Source: a virus
Lineage: Duplodnaviria > Caudoviricetes
Length of the DNA stretch: 64,000 nt
Strand: one strand, 5' to 3'
Virus record (IMG/VR): IMGVR_UViG_3300031760_000001
Coordinates: 64,001-128,000 of that record
Below the pieces are notes generated by a model. That model was not told the DNA's origin. It did no database searches and worked only from the letters and a program-made list of their open reading frames with translations. The position numbers and the translations under genes were made by a program. The number at the start of each line of letters is the position of its first letter. Position 1 is the first letter of the stretch. Shown in pieces: positions 28,601-40,200 of this stretch.

Positions 28601-28911
28601 GCGTAGTCACGAATATCATTACTGGTATCAAGAATAGTTGTATCATTAACTGTGGTGTCAACTTTATCCCCAAGACTATCCTGTGTATAAGGTTCACTCC
28701 ATTCACCAGTGTTGGTCTTATAACGCCTACCAGACTTTGTATTGTCAGTAAACAGGAAATTTGAATCGGAATACACCTTTTTCTTGCCAGGTTCTATAAC
28801 ATGACGTTCTCCAAGTGTACCCCAATCCCTTTCAAAGATTGTTCCGCCCTCAACAGCCTGATGGCGTTTCCTAAGGACATAATTACTATATGATTTACTA
28901 TATCTTTTCAT
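25672..28911 (-). CDS. Baseplate/tail structural protein
   Basis: 1079 aa; IFRTKGTKQAIEMVFGMFG resembles baseplate wedge/tail-I-like motifs; context. Confidence 0.6.
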   Translation of the reverse strand: MKRYSKSYSNYVLRKRHQAVEGGTIFERDWGTLGERHVIEPGKKKVYSDSNFLFTDNTKSGRRYKTNTGEWSEPYTQDSLGDKVDTTVNDTTILDTSNDIRDYAYYGSAVELVRVSIENIVKWFPGRFWSTNRYVDRLDNSGEHYMHIKDIITDGHHNYAIEYTYDTEECLVYVVENPFTIDFYNTNITFGRYDNTLRNMPFSFKQYRLNGQEIKTWNVWIRPYTDCVENYTIKYDITFTYGDSDQVGHLYGVFYDNMLVWATTVQDMVVQPEDSVIDNYFKGLDGFEAKLLDRRYEPIYTTNLITPIQFDNNTPDYMYVERMYSWPHNGYCIEVDSVPFSSYVSSLYNLATVMDDLWCNNIWRSMTHEAITNFDWSYTRQYEVGQEEEGVFGGTRMEGILKIWGRFYDDIKRYVDSIDLKNCITYNDEQQNLGNAELSDKASLLGWEIYSTKTNDNDNLYLTQDFLDNYVDKLDQNERWGYYYQYRAGEIIDSGTVYYVYNETEHEYEPGQGLVLPYIVQEDDHYYKYVDATVSYEKWYNSRNVEQVSQNMVDNDFMKRLTLSTGEIFRTKGTKQAIEMVFGMFGIGNHNEENPDFEFKEKYYSVVPKRRDDIFYYYELQNPMEVNPEDYTTPVGEYESLEEYLETNPATEDSINKLDLNGEYYDLNSMTVGEFCDYMISNKIFRLNYDDDEFSGSPIHDVYINNDHYIVPYFIHGRVYDGNVQFETRGGWGKSVEPGYDYDTVKTQEYDYLETIPYMETIQNVSSLLMVNAFNVGYKRIYYVADISDLSDFVQIIPNNVSHLFKLVNADYPNQFSSWRNIPYDGYVNPSYGIFEGITEDDIKLAQYCDSIVFDNLGNNPHCGYSGYDLGNEYLEHIRMPFKYLIDNYGFTSGSDVISASQFKFDVTEHSGEKIVNLIGDNELRYILPSKMLTITNNIHNVYYKDYLDNVIMKYVLQVIPSTTILVLEDGTYNNVGYFYLSDYQAPQSLSTSDMNFSEDDHIFINGMADFTVMAVPESKSVVLEYISDGITSTVTECNEQPCLVRIPDTYISDLPEDYKVLQYYFGGISVDSAEIIIQ

Positions 28912-28913
28912 AA

Positions 28914-29843
28914 TTAACTATTCTTGATTGTGTCCAAATCCAAACTTCTGTCAATATTGTCACTCTTATCAAGTTTGGCTTCAGCGATTTCCTTGTTGTG
29001 ATAATTATCCTTGACCGTAGAATATTCAAACTGTTTATAAATCTCACCATCAAAATTGTATGTGGTGACACGACCGTTTTCAAGATTGCGTACCTGTTCA
29101 CCCTCAAGCATAACACTGATTGTCTCAATATCATGTTCAGTAACCTCCAATTCAAGACAAACTGGGTCAAATTTGGTGTTTTTAATTACTATAGTCTGAC
29201 TTGGTTTGCCAATAAATGGCATTGCATTACTCTTGAACGTTGGTGCTGTTGATGGTGTGACAGTTAAAAAACACAACGAACCATTAGCGTTATATGTATA
29301 TCCAGTTGCATTTGTGTTGGCTGAAGTCAGGTTCTGTGACAAAGCCTGGCACCTTCCGTTGCTGGTTATAATCCTGTAATATTCCTGTCTCATTAAACCG
29401 TCATTGTTGGCATTATAATCGAAATATTCAATGCGGTAACCTGTCAGGTTGTCATTCGAAAACAATTCCTGATAATCACTTGAAATCTCGTTTGTGTCAA
29501 TTACAAGACCCCTGATATCTGGATATGCACCAAGAGCGCCAACATCTTTAATTGTGCATTGGATTTCTTTTGGGGCTATATATACAGTGTAAATACCAGC
29601 CTGTCCGAATATGGAAACTGGGAGTTTCAATGTGTACATACCTGGAAGTCTGTTATCAGAACCGAGTATCTCAGTTTCAGTTGTTGAATTAACCAATACA
29701 TCCTGCACATTGTCGATTTTCCTGAAACCATTGTATGCTGTATCATCACTACTTCTTGTTGGTTTGTAGTTATAATACACATCCGCATCCAATGATGGAT
29801 TAAATAAAGCCTGTTTTACTGTACCGTAAGTGTTATTTGCCAT
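28914..29843 (-). CDS. Putative structural protein
   Basis: 309 aa, beta-rich, in tail cluster, TATTTAT upstream. Confidence 0.55.
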   Translation of the reverse strand: MANNTYGTVKQALFNPSLDADVYYNYKPTRSSDDTAYNGFRKIDNVQDVLVNSTTETEILGSDNRLPGMYTLKLPVSIFGQAGIYTVYIAPKEIQCTIKDVGALGAYPDIRGLVIDTNEISSDYQELFSNDNLTGYRIEYFDYNANNDGLMRQEYYRIITSNGRCQALSQNLTSANTNATGYTYNANGSLCFLTVTPSTAPTFKSNAMPFIGKPSQTIVIKNTKFDPVCLELEVTEHDIETISVMLEGEQVRNLENGRVTTYNFDGEIYKQFEYSTVKDNYHNKEIAEAKLDKSDNIDRSLDLDTIKNS

Positions 29844-29912
29844 AAATAATACAATTCTTTTAATATAAATATAATGAATTGCAATTTAAAATACAATAAA
29901 ACACCATTTATT

Positions 29913-30344
29913 CTAATTCAACATTCCATAAAGTAAATCTTCCCCGACACTGCTGGCAATATCATTGACAACATCAGGTCTTAATTTAATGGTATTGACA
30001 CAATAATTAAAAATATTCCTGTAACTGTTCATTAACGACTGATACGTATTTGGGTTATGGAATTTCTGTAATGGATTATGCGTTAATATTTGTGATACAT
30101 CGTCCATGTCATATCCACCATTTTGGCAAACATAATTCACCCAATCTCTCAAAATATCATAACCTTTCTGGTGTCTTGGATTTTGTGGAACATATTTGTC
30201 TGGACTACTTGCAAAAAAATTGGAAAATCTGTTGCCTACACCGTTCATATTTCGGCGTAAACGGGCAACATTAGACAATTCATCTATTGTCTCTTTTATC
30301 AAATTACTGATATCCTCTTCTGTTAACCGAATCACTTTTTTCAT
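29913..30344 (-). CDS. Putative head-packaged protein with RLTEEDI leader
   Basis: N-terminus MKKVIRLTEEDISNLIKETIDE. Confidence 0.55.
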   Translation of the reverse strand: MKKVIRLTEEDISNLIKETIDELSNVARLRRNMNGVGNRFSNFFASSPDKYVPQNPRHQKGYDILRDWVNYVCQNGGYDMDDVSQILTHNPLQKFHNPNTYQSLMNSYRNIFNYCVNTIKLRPDVVNDIASSVGEDLLYGMLN

Positions 30345-30360
30345 AACTATAAATAGTCAA

Positions 30361-32220
30361 CTACATCAAATTAAAGAAACCACCATTAGCATAAGTTTCA
30401 AGGTCATCAAATGTTTTTAATTCACTTAGTTTAATATGACGCTCCCAAGCTGCAGCGTTACCCCTACTAACTTGTACATCATTTTTTACATCTGGTTTGT
30501 ATGTTATACCGTTCAAATAATCGAATTTAAGTGTCGGACTTACCAGACTATCCTTCTCAATTGTGATTTGCGTTGAAAAGTCGCTTGTTATGTAATTGTA
30601 TTCAATAGGAACACCATTTACCATCATCTGTGAATATACTGTATTCATCATCGTATCAAACTCACATTTTTTGTATGTGTCTGTAACACACCTCTCCCCA
30701 TATGTTATATATGCTTCGAATTCAGTGTCATCCATTGAATCAATATCACCGCCAGGTTGATATGTGTAGGTTTCTGTATACAACACACCATGGTCAGAGT
30801 CACTGTCATCATATTCAAAGTCACCATAAAAATAATGGTCATTACCATCATCATCTGGTATATTGTCTTTGTACTTTGCTTTCAGATGGGCACCGATAAC
30901 ATATGTAAAAGTTAAAGTATGTTCAGTCGTGTCACGTTCAATATTAGTTATCACATCGCCATAAGCCATCAGATGTGTTTCATACTGGTCAACTGTTGTT
31001 ATCCTGTTTCCATCCACAACAATATTGTTAAATTCATCTGTAATTGTCTCACTGTACCCAACATCGCCAATCATATAATACCATAACCAGTCAGTGTTTG
31101 CACTGGGAGTTAATATGTCACCACCCTCATCAAGATAGTTCTCGTTATTCCTGAAACCATGAAGTTTACTGTCACTGGTTCCAGTCAATGTCCTGTCACT
31201 AATATTATATGACTCACTTAACAAAACAAAATAAGCTGTATTTGGGGATATTTGAATAGTATCACCAATTAATTTAAAATCATTTGAAGCCCAAGCACCA
31301 ATATGTCCTTCTTCGTTAATACACACATAACCCTGTTGGTTGTATTTTGTATACCCCCCAAACGGATATTTCTGATTGTTGTCAAAATCTTCAACACACA
31401 CATATGTTTTGTCATTATAAATGACATACTCACCACTCACATAAGTTTTCTTTGGGTTGAAAAACACTGTAAATGTGTTTAATATACCTTGGTCATTTTC
31501 ATTGGAAACTATATTGATATGGAAATCTAGATTGAAAATATCTGAATAATATGTATAATACTGTGCTGCAACATTTTTAGCGGTAACCGCTTTCCATCGA
31601 TAGTACTCCATCATAATCCTGCCACCCATTTTCTGGAATTTTTCAACTAGACATTCCAATTCACAATTTATTTCACCAGTAGCCTCTTTCATTTGTTCAT
31701 ATTTACGGCACATTATTGAAATATTCTCATATTCAGAATTTAGTCTAGCGGCATTAGCATAATATTCATATTCAGGAACCAGAATCCAACCGTCAAACTC
31801 TTCCTGGGTTACTGGTTCAAGTGGTGGTTGTATCAATGAATTCACATCATCCAAAGTAATTTCAAACCTACCAATTCCTGTTTCCATAAACTGTATGAAA
31901 GTGCTGTCAGGATAGTCGTCCCTGTATCTATAGTAATATATCATTAAGGTACGGTATGAATAAACCGTATCTGGATTTATAACATTAACCTGGATAATTT
32001 CCGTATCACCATCCTCATTGATTGTTTCAACATCAACAACAAGAGACACATCGGACGGTATCATTATAGTTGTAGGTATCTTACCGTAACACCCAACCCC
32101 TGAATCTGACGCTGGATGAACCGTACTGACATTGTTCACATCAAATTCGATATAAGGAAACAGCCCTGGAACACGGGATGTTATATCTTCAAGACCATAT
32201 TTTCTTTTAATTATGTTCAT
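30361..32220 (-). CDS. Structural protein with CBM5/12-like inserts
   Basis: 619 aa; FNPKKTYVSGEYVIYNDKTYVC. Confidence 0.55.
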   Translation of the reverse strand: MNIIKRKYGLEDITSRVPGLFPYIEFDVNNVSTVHPASDSGVGCYGKIPTTIMIPSDVSLVVDVETINEDGDTEIIQVNVINPDTVYSYRTLMIYYYRYRDDYPDSTFIQFMETGIGRFEITLDDVNSLIQPPLEPVTQEEFDGWILVPEYEYYANAARLNSEYENISIMCRKYEQMKEATGEINCELECLVEKFQKMGGRIMMEYYRWKAVTAKNVAAQYYTYYSDIFNLDFHINIVSNENDQGILNTFTVFFNPKKTYVSGEYVIYNDKTYVCVEDFDNNQKYPFGGYTKYNQQGYVCINEEGHIGAWASNDFKLIGDTIQISPNTAYFVLLSESYNISDRTLTGTSDSKLHGFRNNENYLDEGGDILTPSANTDWLWYYMIGDVGYSETITDEFNNIVVDGNRITTVDQYETHLMAYGDVITNIERDTTEHTLTFTYVIGAHLKAKYKDNIPDDDGNDHYFYGDFEYDDSDSDHGVLYTETYTYQPGGDIDSMDDTEFEAYITYGERCVTDTYKKCEFDTMMNTVYSQMMVNGVPIEYNYITSDFSTQITIEKDSLVSPTLKFDYLNGITYKPDVKNDVQVSRGNAAAWERHIKLSELKTFDDLETYANGGFFNLM

Positions 32221-34019
32221 TAGCTAAAATTTATTCTTGCCTCATATAAATTTATATTAATAACATTTCCATCCACCGCTTGATTTACTCCGTAAGTGTC
32301 TGGGTCTAGATAATAAATATGCCGTTTTGTATTAATGTCGTATTTTGCTTTTAAATGTATGTAACTATATCTTGTGTATTTTTTAATGCCATATCCACCA
32401 CCATTTGACCAGTCGCCTATTATTTCTTCATTTGTTTTAAATCCTTTATTATTAAGAGTGTCTCTATATGGAGCCATCATCGGTATGTTCCTGCCATATC
32501 CAGCGTGGTTAAACTCCACTTTCATATAAATGTCAGTTGGTATTGACGGTATATCGGACAATTCCCAAGTATAAAGATAAAATCCCTCACTTGAATTGTC
32601 TGACAAATATTTGTTTTTTGTTGTTATTTGAGAACTAAGCCTGTAATCCTCAATAACTTCCTTATTCATTGAAGAGACATCAAGTATGTTCATAAGTGAG
32701 CCATTTATATACTGACTGCCAGTGTTGACTTCCCTTTCTGCTTTGATGCCTTTTACAATATCCCCGTTATCATCAAAATAGCACTCAAAATTAGACCTTG
32801 CCACAAATTTTGAATACAGTTTGTTACAATCCATAAAAACAGTAGAATACGCTAACAGACTTTGACTTCCAGTATCGTCTGAATCATAAAAAGACAAACG
32901 AAGGAAAGACTTCTTTAATTTGTTTTTCTGGAATTTCACGTCGTTTGTTGTAAATCCCAAATATTTCAACAAATCAGATTGACAACTCCTATTCCATTTA
33001 TTGTCTAGTGTTGAACTGGATTGTGCATATGAATAATATTTGTTGTCAGTCCAGTTATTATTGTCACCGTCTTTAACAAAATTCCAGGAATCACTGTCAT
33101 TCACTGTCCAATCATCACCAGAATGTGCCCTGAAATGAAGATTGAAATTTATTTTGGTACAATCCTCATAAGTCTCGGTTGTCAATGTCTTTGTTTTGAC
33201 GATAACTGGTGTATATACATATTTCTCCATTTCTATTGGTGAATTGACAGCCTTTTCCTCTTCGTGTTGGACAAAATATTCTTTTATGTTAGATTCTTGA
33301 TATAAATCATTACTACTTTTCAATGAAATTGGTATATATAACTTAACATTAGTTTTAGTGATAAACACTGATTGATTATCATTTGGCATTAAGAGGGACT
33401 GATTCCACTTCATATTGTCTCGTGTAACATCCAATATACCTCGTTTACCATAATATAAATGATTTAATGGTAACTCACCTATATTACCAAACACAGCATC
33501 TGAAATGATATCAATATTCTCAATAGAGTTATCATATATCCATTTAAGTGTATTGTTGTTCATATATCTAACATCACCAATTGTTACAGTAGTATTGTTG
33601 TATTTTAAATGTAATATTATTTCTTCATTTTCATCAAAATAATGTGTTGTTTGAAATTTAAATAACCATGTTACAACATTACCATCATATTCAGCCATAA
33701 TGTCCGAAAGTTTAAGACTGGCGTATTTGTCATCCAGAAAACATATTGTTTTCTCACTTCTATCTACTGAATCAACTGTGACACTTGCATATCTACCAGA
33801 AGCTGTGGTATATTGATGACCTTCATCTATATCACCTATAAAGTAATTAACAATTAATAAACTATCACCAACATTAATTAAAGAAACATCATCACAAAAC
33901 AATGTGACATATATTTTATCATCATTGTCAATAACATTATCAACAACACTGAAATTATTATAATTTAAAGTAAATGTCTCATTACTGAATATTTGTTTAT
34001 TTAACTGGTATTTTAACAT
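32220..34019 (-). CDS. Putative structural protein
   Basis: 599 aa, overlapping both neighbours in the tail cluster. Confidence 0.55.
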   Translation of the reverse strand: MLKYQLNKQIFSNETFTLNYNNFSVVDNVIDNDDKIYVTLFCDDVSLINVGDSLLIVNYFIGDIDEGHQYTTASGRYASVTVDSVDRSEKTICFLDDKYASLKLSDIMAEYDGNVVTWLFKFQTTHYFDENEEIILHLKYNNTTVTIGDVRYMNNNTLKWIYDNSIENIDIISDAVFGNIGELPLNHLYYGKRGILDVTRDNMKWNQSLLMPNDNQSVFITKTNVKLYIPISLKSSNDLYQESNIKEYFVQHEEEKAVNSPIEMEKYVYTPVIVKTKTLTTETYEDCTKINFNLHFRAHSGDDWTVNDSDSWNFVKDGDNNNWTDNKYYSYAQSSSTLDNKWNRSCQSDLLKYLGFTTNDVKFQKNKLKKSFLRLSFYDSDDTGSQSLLAYSTVFMDCNKLYSKFVARSNFECYFDDNGDIVKGIKAEREVNTGSQYINGSLMNILDVSSMNKEVIEDYRLSSQITTKNKYLSDNSSEGFYLYTWELSDIPSIPTDIYMKVEFNHAGYGRNIPMMAPYRDTLNNKGFKTNEEIIGDWSNGGGYGIKKYTRYSYIHLKAKYDINTKRHIYYLDPDTYGVNQAVDGNVININLYEARINFS

Positions 34020-37000
34020 TGTTCTTTCAAGTCAGTTTTATTATATTCAAGTGGTGATTCGGTCTTGTCAGCCTTGCTCTCAATATCACCAAGGAACCAT
34101 TTATCTATTGCATTTAAGTTATTACAGCCATCACAATCTTGTTGTTGGTCAACATCATCACATGTTACTGTACACTTACTGCCGTCAAAATACAAACCAT
34201 TGACATTATAAGGGTCTTGTCTTTTCAAATAGAAATTAAAACAATCGTCAATATATGTGGCATTGTTAGCAAAAACATAATTGGCAACCTTTGATTCATC
34301 TGAATTTATATCCAAAATGTCCATGACATCCCTCCACAAATATGTATTTACACCCATTCTGACCGCACCAGCAGGTATGTCCATATTCTGGGCTCTTAAA
34401 GTATATGTATGGTTATTCAAATTTGTACAAATTGTAATCCAGTCAACATAATCGGGGTCATCCTTACTCACTTTCTCCATAATAAACGAATAATCATTGA
34501 CTATATAAACAACATTCAACCACCATTCTGGTGTGTTTGTTTGTACAGTGTCCCTAAGCAATACTTGAGCCTCATTTGATAGATTGTGTCTCAATGCAGT
34601 TCTTACCAAAATATATATACCATTCAGTTCATCTATCTGTACTGGAGTTGCATCTATGATTGATATATAAGAGTGTGACGCTTGTATCACTGGTGTCAAA
34701 TCCCTTAACGGTATCCTATAATGCGCTTTATAATAGTATCCTTCCTTCCTATATACCATATTTGTCGCTTTATATGTACAGATTTTGAACTCACCGTCAT
34801 AATCATCACTTACAATTTCATCAAATCTGAAAGTAACTTCACCGTTCTCATCCTTTTCCCTTTGAGCTGTATTAAATCTAAAACACACATCACTGATTGA
34901 GGTTTCCTCGCAAGTCCAGGGACAAAATTCAACAATATCCCCATAAAACCAATCATTATCAATGTTTATATCCTCTGTTGAAAATCCGTCAATTGTCTCA
35001 TTGTTAGGTATTGTTCTAACGCTAGCATCTGGATTGATTAACGTCACATCAGCGAAATCCTTCCTGATATCTCTTATGTTAACCGTGTCATTCAATTCCT
35101 GTGACAATTCAAATCCACAAGTCACTGCCCCAAAACAGTGAGAATACTCAATATCTGGGTCATTGTATAAATTATTATCACCAGTGGTGTCATCACCATC
35201 CCCAGAATACCATTTTTCATGTCCTCTGTTGGTTTTCACTATTGTCAAATACACTTCGGAAAGATTACGCCCCATATTATCCTTTAACCCACTCACATCA
35301 ATATTGTCCGTAAATACACTCTGTGCCACCTTGTCACCATATATAGTGTTTGAAAAAGCAAGCTGGTAACTTTCCTTATCCATTGTCAAACCATTTGCAC
35401 CAGGGACTTTCTTGAATTTTCTTACGTAATAACTACATTGACTGTTCTTGTTAGTCTTGGCAAATCTTATTGATATATAGTCACTCCAAATACCATTCAT
35501 TGACTGATTGACCTCTGAATTAGTATCATATATATCGTTATTAGTGAAAGCGTTGTTTATTATAGCCTGAATAAACACATTACAATCCACAGAACCATCA
35601 TAAACTATATTTCTATCATGGTTGAACAGAATATAATTAGTGGAATCGTTATCCCCATAATTCTTTACTTTAATGAATTTATCACCGTCTGACGGTATAT
35701 TTGTTAATCCACCGTCTTCATCAGTCTGGTCTGGATATTCAACAAAGTAATCATCAGTAAATTCCTTAAAATACGTCACATCCCATAAACCAGAATATTC
35801 TTCAGTTGCTATATATACCGTATTATTATGTTTGGTCAATTGACCTGGTATATATTTCTGTTTAACGTTAAAGTCCGATATTAAATTATCATCATATTCT
35901 TCATAAAAATAATCCCTCACATAATCCCACGCTGTGTACTGACCCTGATACTGACTTATGCCAGCCATTTCACACAAATATGGCGTACAGAATATCTCTT
36001 CCAATAAATCCAGATTTGTTACATAGAAATTGTATTCGGGATTCTTGTGGTTTATATCCCCAACTCCAGCAACAATATATTCAAAACGTGATTTCTTCCA
36101 TGTTCCGTTTTGTTCATCCTCATTAAAGTATATATAAACTTTATCATTAACATTCAGGTTATGTTTAGTCGCACTCCTAAAAAACACAGCTCCAAGACCG
36201 TTTGGTAACGTTCTATATCTTACTGTAATGGTTGCCAATGCATTTATATTACTATCCTTAATTAAGACAAAATCCATTTCTTTATCTCCCTCACTGGTAT
36301 GAACTTGATAGGTCATTGTACTTTCAAACGGGTATGTTATTGCATAATCCCAGTTGTATTCCAACCTGTTTCTGTATGGGTTGTATTTCGGTACAAATGA
36401 ATACAAAGTCCTGTCAGGGTACATATCAATAAACTCACAGTTACCCTTGTTGTTCATAACCCTGCTTATATCCATATCCTTACCACCTTTACTTTTAGCT
36501 GGAATAACTGATGTATTGTAAAAACCGAACCAACCGTCCTGTTCCCTTAAATTCTCACTGATAGCTTCACCAGTATAAAATGGTAATATGTCATCTTTGT
36601 CATAAAGGTGTTTCTCAACCATATTTGTGTCAGTTATTGATTTCCTGCAGCACTTTTTCAATATAGTACCGTCCGTTGAACGCATTGTGTCCTCAATTGT
36701 ATTGAATTTTTCCCAACAATTATTGTTGTTGTAATCATTAACTATGCGATAAGTCTTGTTTCTGATAATATGATTGTTGAATATGTCGAGACCTGGATGG
36801 TAATCAAAACCGATACCTTCCCTTGAATACTCTGTATTCCTTATCATATCATATATATCAACAACATCACCATTTTTACTTCCCTTACCTTTTAGTTTAC
36901 TACGGATTCTACTTAACGTCTGTCTGTCTACATTATCGTTAAACATAACAACATCAACATCATCAGACCCCTCACCCATGACAACCTCAGTGCAAGCGTT

Positions 37001-37225
37001 GAACAGAACATTGGTGCAATACGGCTTCAATGTCAATATCAATCGGTAGTTGTTACAAGCGTTACGTTCCTTAAGATATTGGTCATTAAGGTCAATCGTT
37101 GACTGCACATTATTATCATTCAATATTGAACCAGTTTGGTTGATGTCAAAGGAAACACTAGTTTGAATGTCAACACTGTCAACTGATTTACTACTATTTT
37201 TTAATATGTTAAATAACTTTGGCAT
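34013..37225 (-). CDS. Putative tail/baseplate protein
   Basis: 1070 aa; CBM-like insert FNVKQKYIPGQLTKHNNTVY. Confidence 0.55.
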   Translation of the reverse strand: MPKLFNILKNSSKSVDSVDIQTSVSFDINQTGSILNDNNVQSTIDLNDQYLKERNACNNYRLILTLKPYCTNVLFNACTEVVMGEGSDDVDVVMFNDNVDRQTLSRIRSKLKGKGSKNGDVVDIYDMIRNTEYSREGIGFDYHPGLDIFNNHIIRNKTYRIVNDYNNNNCWEKFNTIEDTMRSTDGTILKKCCRKSITDTNMVEKHLYDKDDILPFYTGEAISENLREQDGWFGFYNTSVIPAKSKGGKDMDISRVMNNKGNCEFIDMYPDRTLYSFVPKYNPYRNRLEYNWDYAITYPFESTMTYQVHTSEGDKEMDFVLIKDSNINALATITVRYRTLPNGLGAVFFRSATKHNLNVNDKVYIYFNEDEQNGTWKKSRFEYIVAGVGDINHKNPEYNFYVTNLDLLEEIFCTPYLCEMAGISQYQGQYTAWDYVRDYFYEEYDDNLISDFNVKQKYIPGQLTKHNNTVYIATEEYSGLWDVTYFKEFTDDYFVEYPDQTDEDGGLTNIPSDGDKFIKVKNYGDNDSTNYILFNHDRNIVYDGSVDCNVFIQAIINNAFTNNDIYDTNSEVNQSMNGIWSDYISIRFAKTNKNSQCSYYVRKFKKVPGANGLTMDKESYQLAFSNTIYGDKVAQSVFTDNIDVSGLKDNMGRNLSEVYLTIVKTNRGHEKWYSGDGDDTTGDNNLYNDPDIEYSHCFGAVTCGFELSQELNDTVNIRDIRKDFADVTLINPDASVRTIPNNETIDGFSTEDINIDNDWFYGDIVEFCPWTCEETSISDVCFRFNTAQREKDENGEVTFRFDEIVSDDYDGEFKICTYKATNMVYRKEGYYYKAHYRIPLRDLTPVIQASHSYISIIDATPVQIDELNGIYILVRTALRHNLSNEAQVLLRDTVQTNTPEWWLNVVYIVNDYSFIMEKVSKDDPDYVDWITICTNLNNHTYTLRAQNMDIPAGAVRMGVNTYLWRDVMDILDINSDESKVANYVFANNATYIDDCFNFYLKRQDPYNVNGLYFDGSKCTVTCDDVDQQQDCDGCNNLNAIDKWFLGDIESKADKTESPLEYNKTDLKEQC

Positions 37226-37256
37226 ATATAATAAATATCAAAAACAGTGTTATTTT

Positions 37257-40200
37257 TTAATTGTTGTTATTGGGGTCATTGTAATCATCCATCATACTTT
37301 CTATATCTTCAAATTCTTCAATTTCAACGCCTTCACCTTCTCTACCACTAGCTGTCTGAGCATTGCATTTTCTAATGACACCACTCTTGTCTTCAATAAG
37401 AACATGTAACCAAGGTAATATCCATCCATCGTCAGACATGGCATCAGTACCCAACGATGACAAACTGATTTTTATTGCTGAAGCCCAATATACATAATCT
37501 GGAACTTCATGATAATATGTGTCAGGTGTCTCAACCTCTATGGGTTGTGTTGTATTGTTAGTATGCTCAACATAAGTACATGGTGCTTGTGGATTAGGGG
37601 TTGGGTTAGTCTCAAATAAATAATACTTACCACCAACAGGAATTTGTTCGCCTATTTTATATGTTTCATATAAATTTCTTATCTTGTAGTAGAATATTTG
37701 ATGATATTGTGATATTATATACTCTCTGTCTGGAAGGATTACTTCTTTATACTCACCATCTTGTATGTAATAAAAAGGTGTATTTCGTGGTATATGATAA
37801 CCAACATCGTACAAATGGTATTCATAGTTATTTGGTTTATCCTTGTCAGTCACTTTAATGTAACAATGTTCAGCAGTGTTTTCTGGGACTGAACAGACTT
37901 GTGTGTACAAATCTGAATTATAATCATTCTTTTCAACATCATATGTTGACACACGTACAGTAAACCTGTAATACAACATATAATAGAAATCCTCTATATA
38001 ATGTATACCGTTCTTCAATGTCTCCTCACTGGTGTAATCACGTGAGTTACGAGCTGTTATGTAAATAGCGTTCTTAATTTCGTCCCTATTGTCAAATCCA
38101 TTGTAATTATAAACAACTCTGAACCACTGTGTTTCCACTACAGGTGAAATTGTGTAATAGTCATCACATTTAGCAATAACAAAGAACTTATCATTTGGAT
38201 ATAATATATTCAACGGAATTTCACCGTCATCTGTCAAGTTATATTTCTCCCTGATATAGTTTGTAATGTTAAATGAAACAGACTTTGACTTAGATACATA
38301 ACCTGAAACCACTTTATTGTCAATGTTCAGCAATAATTCTGGCATTGTTGTAAAATAATACCTGTTGTTTACTGCGTCATAACGTAAATTGGAATTCATT
38401 GGACTTTCAGCTATACCTGTATCATAATAATACAATGGATATTCTGTGTAATCTGTATCAAACACATAATACAAACTCTGGTGTCTGGTATATCCGTCAT
38501 TATTGGTATAAAATGTCCTTGTTTTAAGGAAATCATCATATTTAGTGTCAACCTCACTTAGTCTCTTGGTATTGTTTCTACCAACCAACACAGGATTGTC
38601 AATCAACACGCTCAGAGTTCCAGCAATTGGATAACGATATTCATCACCATATCCATCAGTATATATCAAATCATCATCAAGCAATGGAATTTCGGAATAT
38701 TGATATTTGTAATCATCAGATATATCGGTATCAACTCCTGTATATTCACCATATGTAGGATTTATACCTTCAGGATAGTCCGTATATATCATACGTTTTA
38801 CATTGATATTAGAGTAAATATCATCATTACCATTAGCTGTATTAGTGTATAATTTAATTTCCTGACCACCATATTCAGCTCTGATATTTGATTTCTCTTC
38901 ATCACGCGGAATGCCATTATATAAATAACCACACATAAAACCAGGCATAAAAACATCAACACCTTTCCAATTTGTAGTAATATCTTCAAGGTTCAAAACA
39001 TTGCTGTAATAAACATGATAAATAACAGATTTATACTTATATCCTCCATATATTTCCCCTGTTGGTGGTAATTGTGGGTTATATGTCTGTTTGGTATATA
39101 TATTATTGCCATAATCGTCTGTACCCTTGACATAATATACATCACCTGAACTAAATTGTCGTTCTTCTAACCGTATTTGATTACCATTTTCAAAGAATCC
39201 ATAATATCTTGCTGTACCACCATTATTATATACATATGTATTTGTTTTTGGGTTCTTTCTAACAGCCCAACCTCCGCCGTTTAAATCATCACAACACGGA
39301 TTTTGACTTGTGAACGGATAATAACAAACACCATATCCATACAAGTCTACATTCTTGATAAGAGGACGTTGGGATTTATAAGTTCTTATTGATACTATAC
39401 TAGTCTCTGGAATATCATTAACAATATGTTGTTGATAAACAACTTCATTATTATCAATTGTTCTTAGATAATACACATCCCCATAACTAAATTCAACTGT
39501 ATCATCATATATGTAATATCTTGTTATTTCAACCAATTTCGGTGGTATTTTTATAACACCACTGTTACTAGCACCAATAAGATAAATATCATTATAATAA
39601 TCAGTTTCCCCTGGAGTAGGTACCATTGATTGTTGTAAATATGCCAAATACTCCATTGCGGTTGTTTGACCATTTTCCAGGTTATTAATAATTTTCCTTG
39701 TATAAATATTTGGATAATTTACAGTATTAACATACACATAATCACCATCATATATAATTGGATTGTAATTAACGGAATCACATTCAACAAAATTTACATC
39801 ATATAATTCACTTACTGACTGTTGAGGGTCAGGAAGAGGGTATTGAGCTAATATATTACCAACAGTTTCACCGCCACTAGCTACTGTGTGTTTATAATAC
39901 ACATCATCACCAGCTGTACCAGGGGTAAAAATATAAACATAAACTACTGTATTTTGTGGTAACAATTGATAGATATCTGTATATTGAACTCTATAATATT
40001 CATACGAATTCACAGGATATAACCAGCCAACACTACCTGTTTGAGCCAAGGCATATTCAGGATATGCTGGTATATTATTTATAAAAGCCAGCAACATATA
40101 CAGATTACTCTTTAATGGTTTGTTATAAAAATGAACAGGAAATGTTGTCACCAGGTTCTTATCACCGCCAGTATTATCAAAATTAATTATAGTGTTACTT

